DNA from: Rotaria socialis
Lineage: Eukaryota
Direction of reading: 5' to 3'
NCBI GenBank assembly: GCA_905331295.1
Contig: CAJNYD010000020.1
Span: 186,001-250,000 of the forward strand
DNA: 64,000 nucleotides
A model generated the notes under the pieces. It worked only from the letters and a program-made list of their open reading frames with translations. It ran no database searches and was not told the origin of the DNA. The position numbers were made by a program, and so were the translations under genes. Below are positions 1 through 12,134 of the stretch, in pieces; positions within the stretch are counted from its first letter, which is position 1; each line of letters begins with the position of its first letter.

Positions 1-139
1 TGTCGGCTTCTAAACATTTTCAATGGTCGTTTGAATGGTCGGCTGCTTTCTAACGAAAATATAGAGTAAACAGTGTGTGAATTTGTGTATTTTAATACTT
101 AACTAACGCAGTAGAGAACGATCACAAATAAAAATCATT

Positions 140-2458
140 ATGGCAGCATCACGAATAAGTAGCTTTACAAATCTGTCGCCAAGCATATACGATCGTCGTC
201 AGGTACAAGCACGGATACGTGCTCTTCAGCAGCGAGCAAGTAAGTGTTCAAAATAATTATCACACACAAAAAGAAAATAATCAATTAATTAGGTTGTTTG
301 TTTGAGTAAAAAAATTGTTACTAGAAAAAAAATTATTTAGCCGAGCATTTGAGCTATTCAAACAAGCGTACATATTAAACATTAACGTTTTATTTGTTCT
401 TATTCTTTTAAATAACTCATCAATTGTTATTAAAGTCAAAGAAAACAGCCGCGAGCGAAGGTGGGATGTAAAACTTCAATTTTCTTTTATGCCTCAATAA
501 ATTATTGAATCATATTAAAATGCAAGTTATACGAAGAACAAAACTTTTTCTTGCAATGATTAGATAAACTAGGGGAAAAAAGATAACGTTGCACTGTTCA
601 GCGATCTTATATACAGTGAAATAGCCTAATGATGAATGTGTAGATGATGAGAAAATCGTATTGATCGGAGATTTGTGTCGGTATTTTCAACCCAGGACGT
701 CATTGAAAATAATTGTCGATTTTCAGAATCTAAAAATCTGAGGTTCGAGTTTCTCGCTTAAATAAGTTTCATTGCTCAAGATGGAATCCCGTGTTAAATA
801 ACTCAAATATTTTTTTATAATAAATTTCTTGCAATTGAAAAAATTTCAAAATCAACACACACTGATGAGCCAATGTTAAAATTAAATTCCTATGTGAAGT
901 CTAGAATTTTGATTTTTTTCCATACAAATAGAAAATTGAAAACAAAAATTGCTTGTAAAAATTAGATGCATTGTATGAAGAATTATCTCGTTCATCATCA
1001 AATGCTAAAACAGCTGGCGTTGATATCGAACGAGCTTATATGGCAATAACACATGAATTTCGTGAACAGCGTGATCAGCTTTTACGACGTCTTCATCATG
1101 TAAAAAAAGATATCAAAGAGTAAATTAATAAAAAACAAAAAAAATGCTTCAATCTGAAACATATTTCTCTAGATCATCCGAGGAACTCGATGGTATACGT
1201 ACAAGCTTACATACCGCGCAATCATTTCATTTACCAAAAATGTAAAATTTTATTTATTTTCTTTTTTATTTCTAATTATTTAAAATTTAAAAAACCAACA
1301 TCAGTTCACCAAGATATTCAGTTGACTTGGAAGCATACGAAATGAATGCTATGGTTGATGATATCGAACGTGTACTCAATAAAGTAGCACAACAATTGAA
1401 ACGAGTAAATATATTCCTATTATTTTTCATATTTATTAGTAGAATAGTTTCATTTTATGCCATCGTATGGTCATTCTATGGGTAAAAAACTGGGTACACT
1501 AAACAGTAAAACTGTGGCACGCGAAGGAACGGGATTAACATCATATGGATCTTTTGTTAAGGAATATCCTACAACAAATGTTTATATTCATAAACTTTAT
1601 ACAGTTGATTTAGATATATCTGCACAATGGGTTATATCATCTATAGATAAACGCATATTTTTATGTGATATTGAAGGCGAAATACGTATATTTTCGTATT
1701 CACGTCATTTACATCGGCAGCCTTTGTTAACAGAACGTTTTCATCTATCGAATATACGTTTAATATCATTATTTACAGCTACGAAAGATTATTTAATTGC
1801 ATTTGAAATTGATACACAAATTTTAAGTTTACATACACATCATGGAGCCTTACTGATACGTTTATATTTTCCGTACGATCCAATTATGATGACTCGTTGT
1901 GATTATTATATGAAAAATCAAATATGGGCATGTAGTCGTAATAAACGGCAATGCTCTCAATTTAGTCTAAATCACACAACAAAACAAGTTTACGTTTTAG
2001 ACGAATTAAATTTTACAAAGCCCATAGCAAATATTTTAATCGATCCAGTTGGTATCTCATGCGATGAACAAGATCGAATTGCTATACATGACGTTAACAC
2101 GACGACAACAGATCGTTTACTAATTTTTATGAATAAAACGAATAGAATAATACCACTCGACTTTGTAAAATATCATGATAAACTATTATCTTCGCGTATT
2201 GAACGTGTTCTACTAGTACCTAAACAACCGAATTTAATAGTTGTTGTTTATGCTCCACAATCGTCAACGACAAATCTCCATGAAATTATCGTTGTTGATA
2301 TTAGTACGAAACCAACACAAATACTTCATTATTTTGCAGAAGCAAATGGAATACAAAGCATAGATGTAACATCAAATAATGAATTAGTTTATACAGTTAC
2401 AAGACCCACAAATAAACGTATACCACCGAAGATGCATATCTACAGTATAATCGATTAA
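140..2458 (+). CDS. Spliced gene: N-terminal coiled coil (TRIM B-box C-terminal-like) plus C-terminal NHL/beta-propeller-like region; exons ~140-239, 966-1119, 1173-1241, 1304-1404, ~1441-2458
   Basis: ATG at 140 with GT-AG introns. Exons 1-2 read MAASRISSF...NALYEELSR...IERAYMAITHEFREQRDQLLRRLHHVKK (heptad-like). The last exon is the 333-aa ORF with NHL-like strings such as DPVGISCDEQDRIAIHD and GIQSIDVTSNNELVYT. Confidence 0.6.
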
Positions 2459-3245
2459 TTAGGATACTTCCTATATAGACTCATTCACAGATATTTTAGA
2501 CTTATTATTGCAAAATAAATAATATTATCAATTATGTCGTTTTTATATTTTGCGACGTTTTGTTTTTGACGCTTCTTGAACAATTAATACAAGAATATTT
2601 TGGAAGAAAAAATAATCTGTGGGATTTCTCTTATGTTCATTGCTGAATTTTTTTATTTAGAATCAGTTAGAAATGGAAGAGACCATCAAACTGAGATGAC
2701 TCTATGTTAAGAATGCGTTGCATTATTTGGTAATATTTACCAACGTGAAAAAAAAATCGTTACATCAGATAATAAAGTCAAGGTTATGATAAATAATAAA
2801 AGTTGAAATTACGAAAACAAGGCACATAGATTGTTGTATATGAGATAAATATTTGCCGGTGAAAATAAATATTTTACTTGAATGTAAATGAATAATTTAT
2901 GAAATCTAGTTTTAAAGTAACGCTAGGAATTCATGAGCAAAATACTTGTTTTTTACCCGAATGTATTGACAAAATAATGCATAATAAGCCTATTCTATTT
3001 ACCTGCATAGTAAATAAAACGTAAATCAGCGAAAAGGAAACTTAATTTCATCTTGTTTTTGTTTTTCTTCCGTTATTTTATAGAAAGAAAATACAACTTG
3101 TTTTTCATTTTGTAATTGTGTTTAACATTGACCTGTTTGAATGCATAAGGCATCTTTTTCGATGCATTTATTTCGTACGATTTCACCTTTGAACCAGTAA
3201 AAATGTCTATTTTATTTATCTATGTTTTATAGGAGAATAGTAAAC

Positions 3246-4010
3246 ATGTATTGGTGGTTCAAATGGATAGTTTTATTAAGTTTAGCTATGTGGATTCAAT
3301 ACTATCGTAATTCAGTTTCGAAAGTAAGCTACATTGAATTTAACTGTCGGTGTCACTTTCATTTTATTTAACAAAAAAAAACAACTTTTTAGTTACCTCG
3401 AACTCGTACAAAAGGTTCAACTCATATAACATCTTCAAATGTAAATCTTACCGAAACCTACGAATTTTATAATCGAGCTGAACAGAATAAAAACGGCTAT
3501 TCAGAATTTAAGCTCACGGTATATAGTAAAGGCATTTGTGGTGACCTTCAAATTCCACCTTTGAAACGACCATGCACGCCGTTTTTACATTTACATGATG
3601 ATCAAACTGAAAAATTTACTATCCTACAAGGTCAGTTTTCTTATCGATTTGGTGAGAAAATATATTCGTGTGATAGTCGTACATGTCCATCGCCTATTAT
3701 TATCCCGCCGCTTGTTCATCATACGTTTTGGATGCATGAAAATAAGGAAGATCTTATTCTAATTATTCATATCGAACCGACTTCTAAAGATCATGGTCTA
3801 CGCATAGAATCATTTGAAAATATAGTTGGTGTCAATCGAGACAAACTCATGAATCTTTGGCAAGCGTTTGTTTTTATTGATAGTATCGAAACATATCCAG
3901 TATTTTTACCATTACCTTTCGTAAAAGTACTAATGAAAATCGGTTCGCTAATCGGTCGATTACTTGGTTATCAAGCAGAATATGACGACTATACAACGAT
4001 AGATTTTTAA
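3246..4010 (+). CDS. Cupin-fold protein with N-terminal signal/TM peptide; exons ~3246-3323 and 3393-4010
   Basis: Exon 1 MYWWFKWIVLLSLAMWIQYY followed by a gtaagc donor. Cupin motif 1 is PFLHLHDDQTEKFTILQG (H-x-H-x4-E) and motif 2 is IIIPPLVHHTFW. Confidence 0.7.
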
Positions 4011-4229
4011 TTCAAACACTGTTGTTTTATGCTTATTTGAAGCTTCAGGTTTAAAAACGTTTTTTCTCTTGTTACATAGCGTCCCATAAAATATAAAATT
4101 CAATTAAAGAATAAGCTGTAAGTAAAAATAATATTCACTATAAAAATATAACGATAATAGAATCTTTTAGAAATGAATGCATTTGAACTGAAAAAAATAG
4201 ACATATACATTTCACAGATTGGAATTTTA

Positions 4230-5106
4230 CCAAGAAGAATTCTTCGTGTGACAATCAAATATATCAAACTAGGAAAGCCACTTGTAGATAATAACGCACT
4301 ACAATAAATAAGAAAAGGCGTTAAAAATTAAGCTACTCCAATAAATTCTCAGCTAATTTATTGATAACAGTATTAATGCATCTAACTCGATATCGAACTC
4401 GAGTATAAAAAAAATAACGATTGATTTGAAGCCCACATATAAAAAGGTGTTGTTAGATGAATTGTTGTGTCTGTTGGATAGCTACCGCTGATATGGCGAT
4501 AAGTTAACGTAGTAATATGATGCGTATGAAATTGTGCATCAACATCGCATGCCGCCATTAAGATGTAATCTTGACTTTTCTCTTTAAGTCATAAGTTATC
4601 CTTGTAAGATTTGCCGAGAATTTCACATGCAGATTATTTTAAACCTAAAAACTAAAAAATCAGCTTAATTATGGTAATCTCTTAATCTTTGCCATTCAGT
4701 ATGAATGTCGTATGTACGGTGTTTGAGTCAAATAATCATTGGAATAAGTTTCACTTCAGCTTGCACTGCAAGTGTGTCAATGCGTTGTTGAATCTATTCT
4801 AGTTAGTTCTTTATAATAACTGATTGTAACCAGATGTCGAATCTTGTTATCATTTTTGCGCGATAACAAGAGAGAATAATCTTGGTTCCTCGGAGTAGGA
4901 AAACAAAAAATCATCAACTACCCCGAAAAATAATAATTATACGTCGTGCTGTTAAGAGAGTAATGACAAACCAAATAGATACAGAAAACACTTAGTACAT
5001 AAGGTAAAATATGAATGGCTAATTTATTTGAGAGAAATAGAAGCCAAAAATGCAGTAATCCGTAGAGAAAACAAACCGATATATAAAACATTAAATTTCT
5101 ACACAA
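4230..5106 (-). pseudogene. Possible decayed glycosyltransferase (GT2-like) remnant
   Basis: The minus-strand frame at ~4420-4645 reads GLK*SACEILGKSYKDNL*LKEKSQDYILMAACDVDAQFHTHHITTLTY. It contains a DxD motif and in-frame stops, with a hydrophobic segment upstream at 4918-5106. The resemblance is weak. Confidence 0.3.
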
Positions 5107-6353
5107 TAATTGCCGCCTAGTTTTAATTGGGCAATTAATCTTTGAAGTCTGGTATTAGTATTAAAGACATGAATGATTGATAAGAAAGACGATAATGATA
5201 TTGACTTTTATTCTTGTAATTCATCTTCTAGCGAGAGATAGTGATCGCTGCAAGACAACAGTTTTTCATTTCAAAAGTAGAATTCTCTTGCATTCCTATT
5301 CAATTATTAGCCTACGTCTGATAACTATAAGAAGCTTTAAGAAGAACATTGTGTTGAACAAGCACGACTAAGACTAATTCGTTTTTAATGAATTTAATAT
5401 TCTTTTTACACTTCCGTATGATTCTTTGTTAAGGCAGCTAATTATAATTATTTTTCTTGTTATTTTTGATCGAGACACCTGACAGTATATTTGACTAGGA
5501 TTTTTTAAAACGTTTATTTCGTATCTTCTATCTGTGCTTTCGTAGTATTCTTTGTTTTTGCTTGTGTTGATTAAGTTACCAAACAACATATTCGACATGG
5601 AACCATTGATGGTTACTAAAAAGGAAAACCCAATGGATACAACTATAGAGCCCTTGGGAGTTGGAGAAATAAAAAGAACAAGAAAGGATTGATGCATGTT
5701 AAAATACACTTATATACTGATTCATGATTTTTTTTAACAAGCTACTTTCGTTAGAAAACTAATAAGAAGAAAACAGAACGCGTAGTTGTTTCTTGAAATA
5801 GAATAATGAATCCGATAAATTAAACATAAGTATTTGTAGCCGTAAAATAAAACAAATTCTATTCGAATAAATATTAGATTGGAGTATTTAAAAGGAAAAA
5901 CATTATTTGTTCCGATATATTTGTTTGCATTGACAGCTTATGTTAGAACATAACTCTGATGACAACTAAACGGAAGATCCACTCGCTTGTCAATTGTGTT
6001 TTTCCGGTTTCGTGTGTATACGTTCATGTATGTTAGTGCAACATGATTAGCACCCGCTCGTCGTTCCTATGCGGGCTGCTCTTTTGCATCTTTTTTTTTG
6101 TTTTGCTTTATCAACTCACAACATTGAATGCACACAGTGAATCAAGAGTGATACATAGCATGAAGAAGCGAACGCCTATGCTCACACATATAATTGCCAG
6201 AAGATCTCTTCTCATCAAACAACACATATATAACACTCGACGCCAACTAACTTAACGCAGAACAGCAAGGAGAAAACACAAGGAAAGCGACCATTTTCGC
6301 TTCTCATCGTCTTTCTGTGATCCCAGTTAGATGAAAAAGAAAGAAAGAAGACA

Positions 6354-6368
6354 GATGATGATGACGGC

Positions 6369-6400
<32 letters not shown>

Positions 6401-6421
6401 CGACAACGACATCAATGATGA
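6354..6421. repeat. (ACA)n/(GAT)n microsatellite
   Basis: gatgatgatgacggcaacaacaacaac...acgacaacgacatcaatgatga. Confidence 0.9.
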
Positions 6422-7515
6422 CTTGTTTGTGTATGTGCGAATTTCAGTTTGCTTCTCTGACATCGACAACAAAACGACCGATATCTTCTAGCCCGCGTGT
6501 CTTTCGCATCTTATTCTGTCTAGTAAAAGGCAAATGAAACAAAGAATCACTTTCCTCGTTTGCATTAGCAACGTTTGTATCTAAGAAACAGCATATACAC
6601 AAAAATATAGACAGATGGTTTAGTTTTTGTCGTTGTCATTATTAATGTTGTTATTGTCACTGTTCGATGTTTCCTTTTTCATCATCCTAATCATCATATC
6701 ATAGGTTTTATCTTTACATATGATTAGATTTTTTATTCAATATAATAGATTACATTGAAATAGTGTTTTCAAAAAAGAAAAGAAACATTTTTACTAAAAA
6801 TAATTAGTTAACAGATTATTTTCTCTATGCAAGAAAAAAAGAAATCATAGCATCTGGTGATCGAGAATAAATATGTACATGATCTTATGTTTTTTGCCAG
6901 AAATACTATGGCTACCTTACTTGACATCCTAATTATTTGTGACAGAATGGGAAAGAAGAAAAAAAATAGTTCCAACTGAAATAAGTAAACGAGACCTTGA
7001 AGCGTTTGTGTTCATATATTATAAGTTATGCTTCCAGCGCAAGGTAGATCAAATACACAATAGAAGAAGAAGAAGGCAAGAGAAAGAGAAAGAGAAGACA
7101 AGTAGGACACCAATAATATTATATATCTAGTGGTTTTTTCCCTCATCGTTGGTTGTCTTCGATCAAGTTAGTTCCCTATGTTTGCATAGTGATTATTCGA
7201 AACATTTTACTAACAGCATAGTTATTTTTATAGTCACCATCAATAATATAAATCGAGTTTGACTTTCCTTATTTCCTTTCTCTCACTCGAACTAATGAAA
7301 TGAAAGTATCTTTCTTTCTTTCCCTCTCTTTTCCTCCTTTCTCTATTTTTATGGTTCTCTTTATATTGTTTTGTTTTCAGATTTTTTAGCGTATGACTAT
7401 TACAATCACAACCATTATTCGATGCGTGTACTGATAGACGATGAAAGTAAGTGGCAGGAGCGGCAATTCAGACTAAAATTGGTAGATATAGCAATGCAGA
7501 GCACTGCCGTCAACA

Positions 7516-9771
7516 ATGCTCTCTTTCAATCATGTAACCAATTCGACTATCTTGCCAACGAAAACCATTCGAACAACGTCATCTGCTTATCGTCCATTAA
7601 CCAACAATAAAAAGCAAACAAGCCGAAAACGTCCAAAGACCACTACTTTCACTACCATTACGACTACTTCGTTTTTCTCAGTGCATATCACAAATCTAAC
7701 TTCTTCTACTTCTTCTTCTTCTTCAATTTCATCTTCCGAACAGCAGCAAGTTTTATTAGAAGATACCTATTCAGCTAAAACAGGAATCAAGATAGCAGCT
7801 ATCCTAGGCGGTATGTAATTTATATCACAGGAAAAACTACATGAAAGAAAGAGGGAAAATGTCATTTATTTTATCATTACTATTCCTTGTAAAACCTATT
7901 TATATAGACTCATCGATGCATATATGATTTCCATGCACAATAAAATGAAATTTAACAATTTACAATCCTACATAAGAAACTAAATCATGTCTTTTATACT
8001 GAGAACAAAATCCCTCAGATTATTGATAGAGTAAAAATAACATAAGGAACGTGTATGTTGATAAGCAATTTCCGGCACATAAATTAAAAACATTTCTAGA
8101 TGAATAAATTCGAATTGATTTCTCATTTAAAAATAAGTTCCGTTTTTTCTTCTTTCTTTTCTTAATTTGTTTGTTTTTTTCAAAGAAAACTAATTGTTTT
8201 GTTTAATTATTCATGAATCGAATTCAATTAATTTTTTTCTATAGAAGTTTAATTCCAGAAAAATCATATTAATTGAATTTAGTTTATATAGATACTCTTT
8301 TTTAATATATATTTAATGACACAAAGAAAACATAACATTCTAAATATAAACTAATTGCTCAAACTACTGAAGCAAATATAATTATCTTGCTATTTATTGA
8401 GCTTTATTGAATTAGGACTAATTAAAATAATCAATAAACATTTGGATTAATAAAAATAATAAATCTTAAGTTGAAAAGTTTCTATATTTTTTCCCGCCAT
8501 AGTTATTTTATTTTGCTTGTTAAACAATTTTGTTGATATATATGTACTGTTGTTAATGCATCGTTCTGAGTAAATAGATCATTCTTTCAACATGAGTACC
8601 ACTTAAGTTGAAAAAATAGAAAGAATACTTCTGACGCTAGATGATTGCGGTTGATATGTAAACACAATAATAGGAAAAAGAAAAGAAAATAGTTTAAGAT
8701 GCGCATTGAAATAGGAAAAACAACATGACAACGAATAAAATCGTTAGGATATTCCGAAAAAACAGTAATGCGACAGTTTGACTATGAATGATGAAAGAAA
8801 CTAATGATAAAAAACCTATTATATTTCAATAGGAACAGGAGGATAGTGTTGACTGTTGATAACGAGCTTTATACGATGGAAGAAAACCATTCAATTCATG
8901 ATTAATTACCAGAAATAGAAAAACTTTGCAGATGAAAAACAAACAAATGCATTTACACATAAATGATTACCACCCCCTAGAAAAGAAAGAAACTCATTAA
9001 TAATGTAATTGTATATATCACGATGACGATTAGATCAAAATGTTTTATTTCAAGGTCAATATTATACTTGAATCAGTTAATCATCGATGAAAAACTGTAT
9101 CGAAACTTCTTGTTTTTTTTATAGGCATGTTGCTTATGTGTATATTATATTTAATTTGGAAAGCTCGTAGTCGATTGTGTCGTTCTCTATCATCTGGAAT
9201 CCGTAATCCGCGTCTATCGGCAACAAAATTCGATTTAGAATATTGGCTTAAACAAGTCGATTTACTTGAAGCAAAAGAAGCTGAACGTAATCTTGGTAGT
9301 CAATCTCCTTATCTTGAACTACCAATTGTAGAACCGCGTAATAATCGTGAAGCAACAGCTTTGTGGATTGTTGATGCCTATCGTAATTGGCGTCTTATTC
9401 AATATCGACAGCAACAACAACTTTTTCGAAAAAATGCTAATCCACAAAGTGAAACTAACCCTATAATTTATCGAAGGCGACTTAATCCTATACGTCGTCT
9501 TATTCGACGTTTTCTTATGCCACATCGTCAACATTCATCGTTTTTACTTGAACATTCACAGTCGCTTATTAATGAAGTGAGACCTAGTATAGTGTGTAAT
9601 AATTTTATTCCGCCATCACTTATACCTAATTTACCGATTCGACGAACTGCTTCATGGCCTCGTCTTAAATCCAGTCGGCATCAAATAGGTGTCCCAATGA
9701 GTGCTCTTCAAACGCATCTGGTTAGGAAACGTCTTCTCAAACGAACATCGAGAACTACAATTGATATATAG
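7516..9771 (+). CDS. Orphan single-pass membrane protein with Ser/Thr-rich ectodomain and basic cytoplasmic tail; exons ~7516-7810 and 9125-9771
   Basis: Donor ggcg|gtatgt at 7811 and acceptor atag|gc at 9124 join KIAAILGG to MLLMCILYLIWKAR, giving one continuous TM helix. Confidence 0.65.
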
Positions 9772-10321
9772 GCAAAGAAGTTTTCAACGTTGGATTGTCT
9801 ATCATTTGTTTTTAGTCTTTATTGTTGTTTATATAAGAAAAAGAATAATAAAGATAGATTTTAATTATGATTTTTATGCATAAAAAAAAATTATCATTTA
9901 TCATTATGGCATCGGAAATTAATACTTGTTATCATCAACACATGCCATTTGATCATAATAGTTTCTTTTTTTCTTGAAGATTTTATGTCAGAAGACGTTA
10001 ATTGATAGGCACTGTGCTTCAAAGTTTTTTCTTACAATTCTTGTCATTCGATATATGTTTAGCTTTATAAAAGCTTCAAAAAAAAAATAGTTGAGCTTGA
10101 TTTTGGAATATTAATTCTATAGTATACAAAACAATCATTGGCGAAGATACTTGGCCTTGTACTGAGACATATACTTAGTTACTAAGAGTAGAGAACTAAA
10201 AAAAAAACTGTCTTGTCTCGAGATAATAATCGGTTTGTTTGTGAGTGCAAATTGATTGTCTGCCATCTGGCGTATTTTTGTTATAAAATAAATGTGGAAA
10301 CATCGGATTTAAATCCGAGTA

Positions 10322-11212
10322 TTATGTGTACTTCAAAAAGCGAAAATGTACATCCATTTTTTTCTATAAGGCATAGATCTCATCAAGATACGTCCCTTCT
10401 CGCTAAATTGCAAGGAGAAAATACAGGCGTGCTAAGTTAACATGGACCACACTGTATGCGACTCTATCTAGAAGACCACTGACTATGCTCTCAGAATGAT
10501 ATAATATCTTTAGAGATCACATAAATTGAGTTCAGATTCGTGTTCAGCTTGGAAAACTGGATAGGAAGAGTTATTTTTGAATGGATTTGTGTTTGTATCT
10601 AGCAGGATTACGATCGTAAGCAATCTCATGGATTTATAAGAGATATATGATAGATGCAGGCATCAGTATTTTCATAATAAATCATCAATAGTAATATCTA
10701 TCGAGTTCAGGTTTTTACCTTTCGATAGTCCTTTTGACTAGCAACAAAATCAGGCATTTGAGAAACTCCCAAGCTGTTGGTCATCTGAGACATATCTAAG
10801 CAATTTGGTTTCTAGATGTAGTTTTTGTGTATTTTGAGACCTTTTCCAGTCAATGTTTCGTCAGAAAACTACGCTTTTTTTCCAAAACTAATATCAGATT
10901 CAGAATCAGCGTTAAAAACTGAATCGATTTATATATGTTGTGGATAACTCTGAAAAAAAAGTTCTTTTTGAAAAATCCCTGTATCCCCCTTCAGGGATGG
11001 CCTGATCAAAAATGACAATTTTTTCGATAGCTCAGTCATTTCTTGACGGATCCTTCTCATCTTCGAACTCAACTGAGACATTAATCAGGCTGAACTGTGT
11101 AGAAAATTTCGTCATTATCTAACTCTCCTTTCGAGAGTTATCGTGTAAACGGACGGCCGGACGGACACACTGACCGATTCTAGAGTGTACTCACTTTTTT
11201 GAGTACACAAAA
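10322..11212 (+). mobile_element. Non-autonomous Helentron/DINE-1-like element (HINE)
   Basis: The 5' ttatgtgtacttcaaaaagcga is nearly complementary to the 3' tcactttttt-gagtacacaaaa. There is a 3' hairpin gtgtactca/tgagtacac (11185-11208), a cggacggccggacggaca microsatellite just upstream, and a related copy at 63637-63856. Confidence 0.6.
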
Positions 11213-12134
11213 GAGCGAAGGCAGCAAATGTTTAAAAATTTCATTATTATTAGGTTTTCTATTTTCTATGAAATGCCATTTTTTTAAGATTGATATGGAA
11301 AAATAAAAGGAACAAATTCTACTGATATCAAACTGAGATCGATTCAATGAAATGACACGCCAATTAATGATGTAAAAGTATATTAATAGTAAAATTACAA
11401 AAAATATCGTGTACTTTTGATTCACTTAGTATACAGTTACAGCTACCTTGGTTTTATCTATAAGTTGTTTACTCTGATCGAAGACTAACGTGTCTTCTCT
11501 TTCGCCATTTTGTCATATTTTTGTTTTCTGGTAATTTACCATCAATGTCGTTGTCTTCTTTTTTCCCCATCAATGAATCAAGATATTTTTAGCATTAATC
11601 GTATAATAATTATACTTATTTTGGCTCAGATTTCTTCTTACGGAATCAGTAAACGGTTATTAACAAAGCCGTATACTCAGTGTAAACATTCTAGCATATA
11701 ACATTCAAAATTATCATGAATTAAATGAATATTTATATTTTACTTTTTTTTGACAAATCGAAGTTTATTTAGTATGTAGCAGAACTAAACCTATTAAAAA
11801 TATATTGTATGTAAAACATTAAAAACGAGGTGAATATTTCTAATAAGGACTTCGGAAGAGTCTTCAACAACTATGTTATTGGAAATTGTAAAATTGAATA
11901 AATATTTTTTGACCTATTTGAATAATAATATAATTTATTGGCTATTTGAAGTAACGGTGCAGTAATGCATGGATTAAATTGACAATAACATTTTTAACAA
12001 TAGCAATTATGGTCATCAATTAGAATATTCGTTTAGTCAAAGCAGTAGAGGAAAAAAACAAAATTAATATTCAATTAAAATTATTTTATTTTATTTTATT
12101 CATCAGAAATCAAGATAGAATAACACGGGGATAA

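Noticed and set aside
735..800. ggttcgagt B-box-like motif (tRNA/SINE?)
   Set aside because: No cloverleaf stems or A-box could be built.
5374..5709. 111-aa minus-strand ORF; also 15880-16257 and other 60-125-aa AT-rich ORFs
   Set aside because: Non-ATG starts, F/I/L/K-rich composition typical of random AT-rich DNA, and no motifs or splice context.
6215..6537. Poly-Leu and poly-Thr ORFs
   Set aside because: They are translations of the (ACA)n microsatellite with no other coding support.
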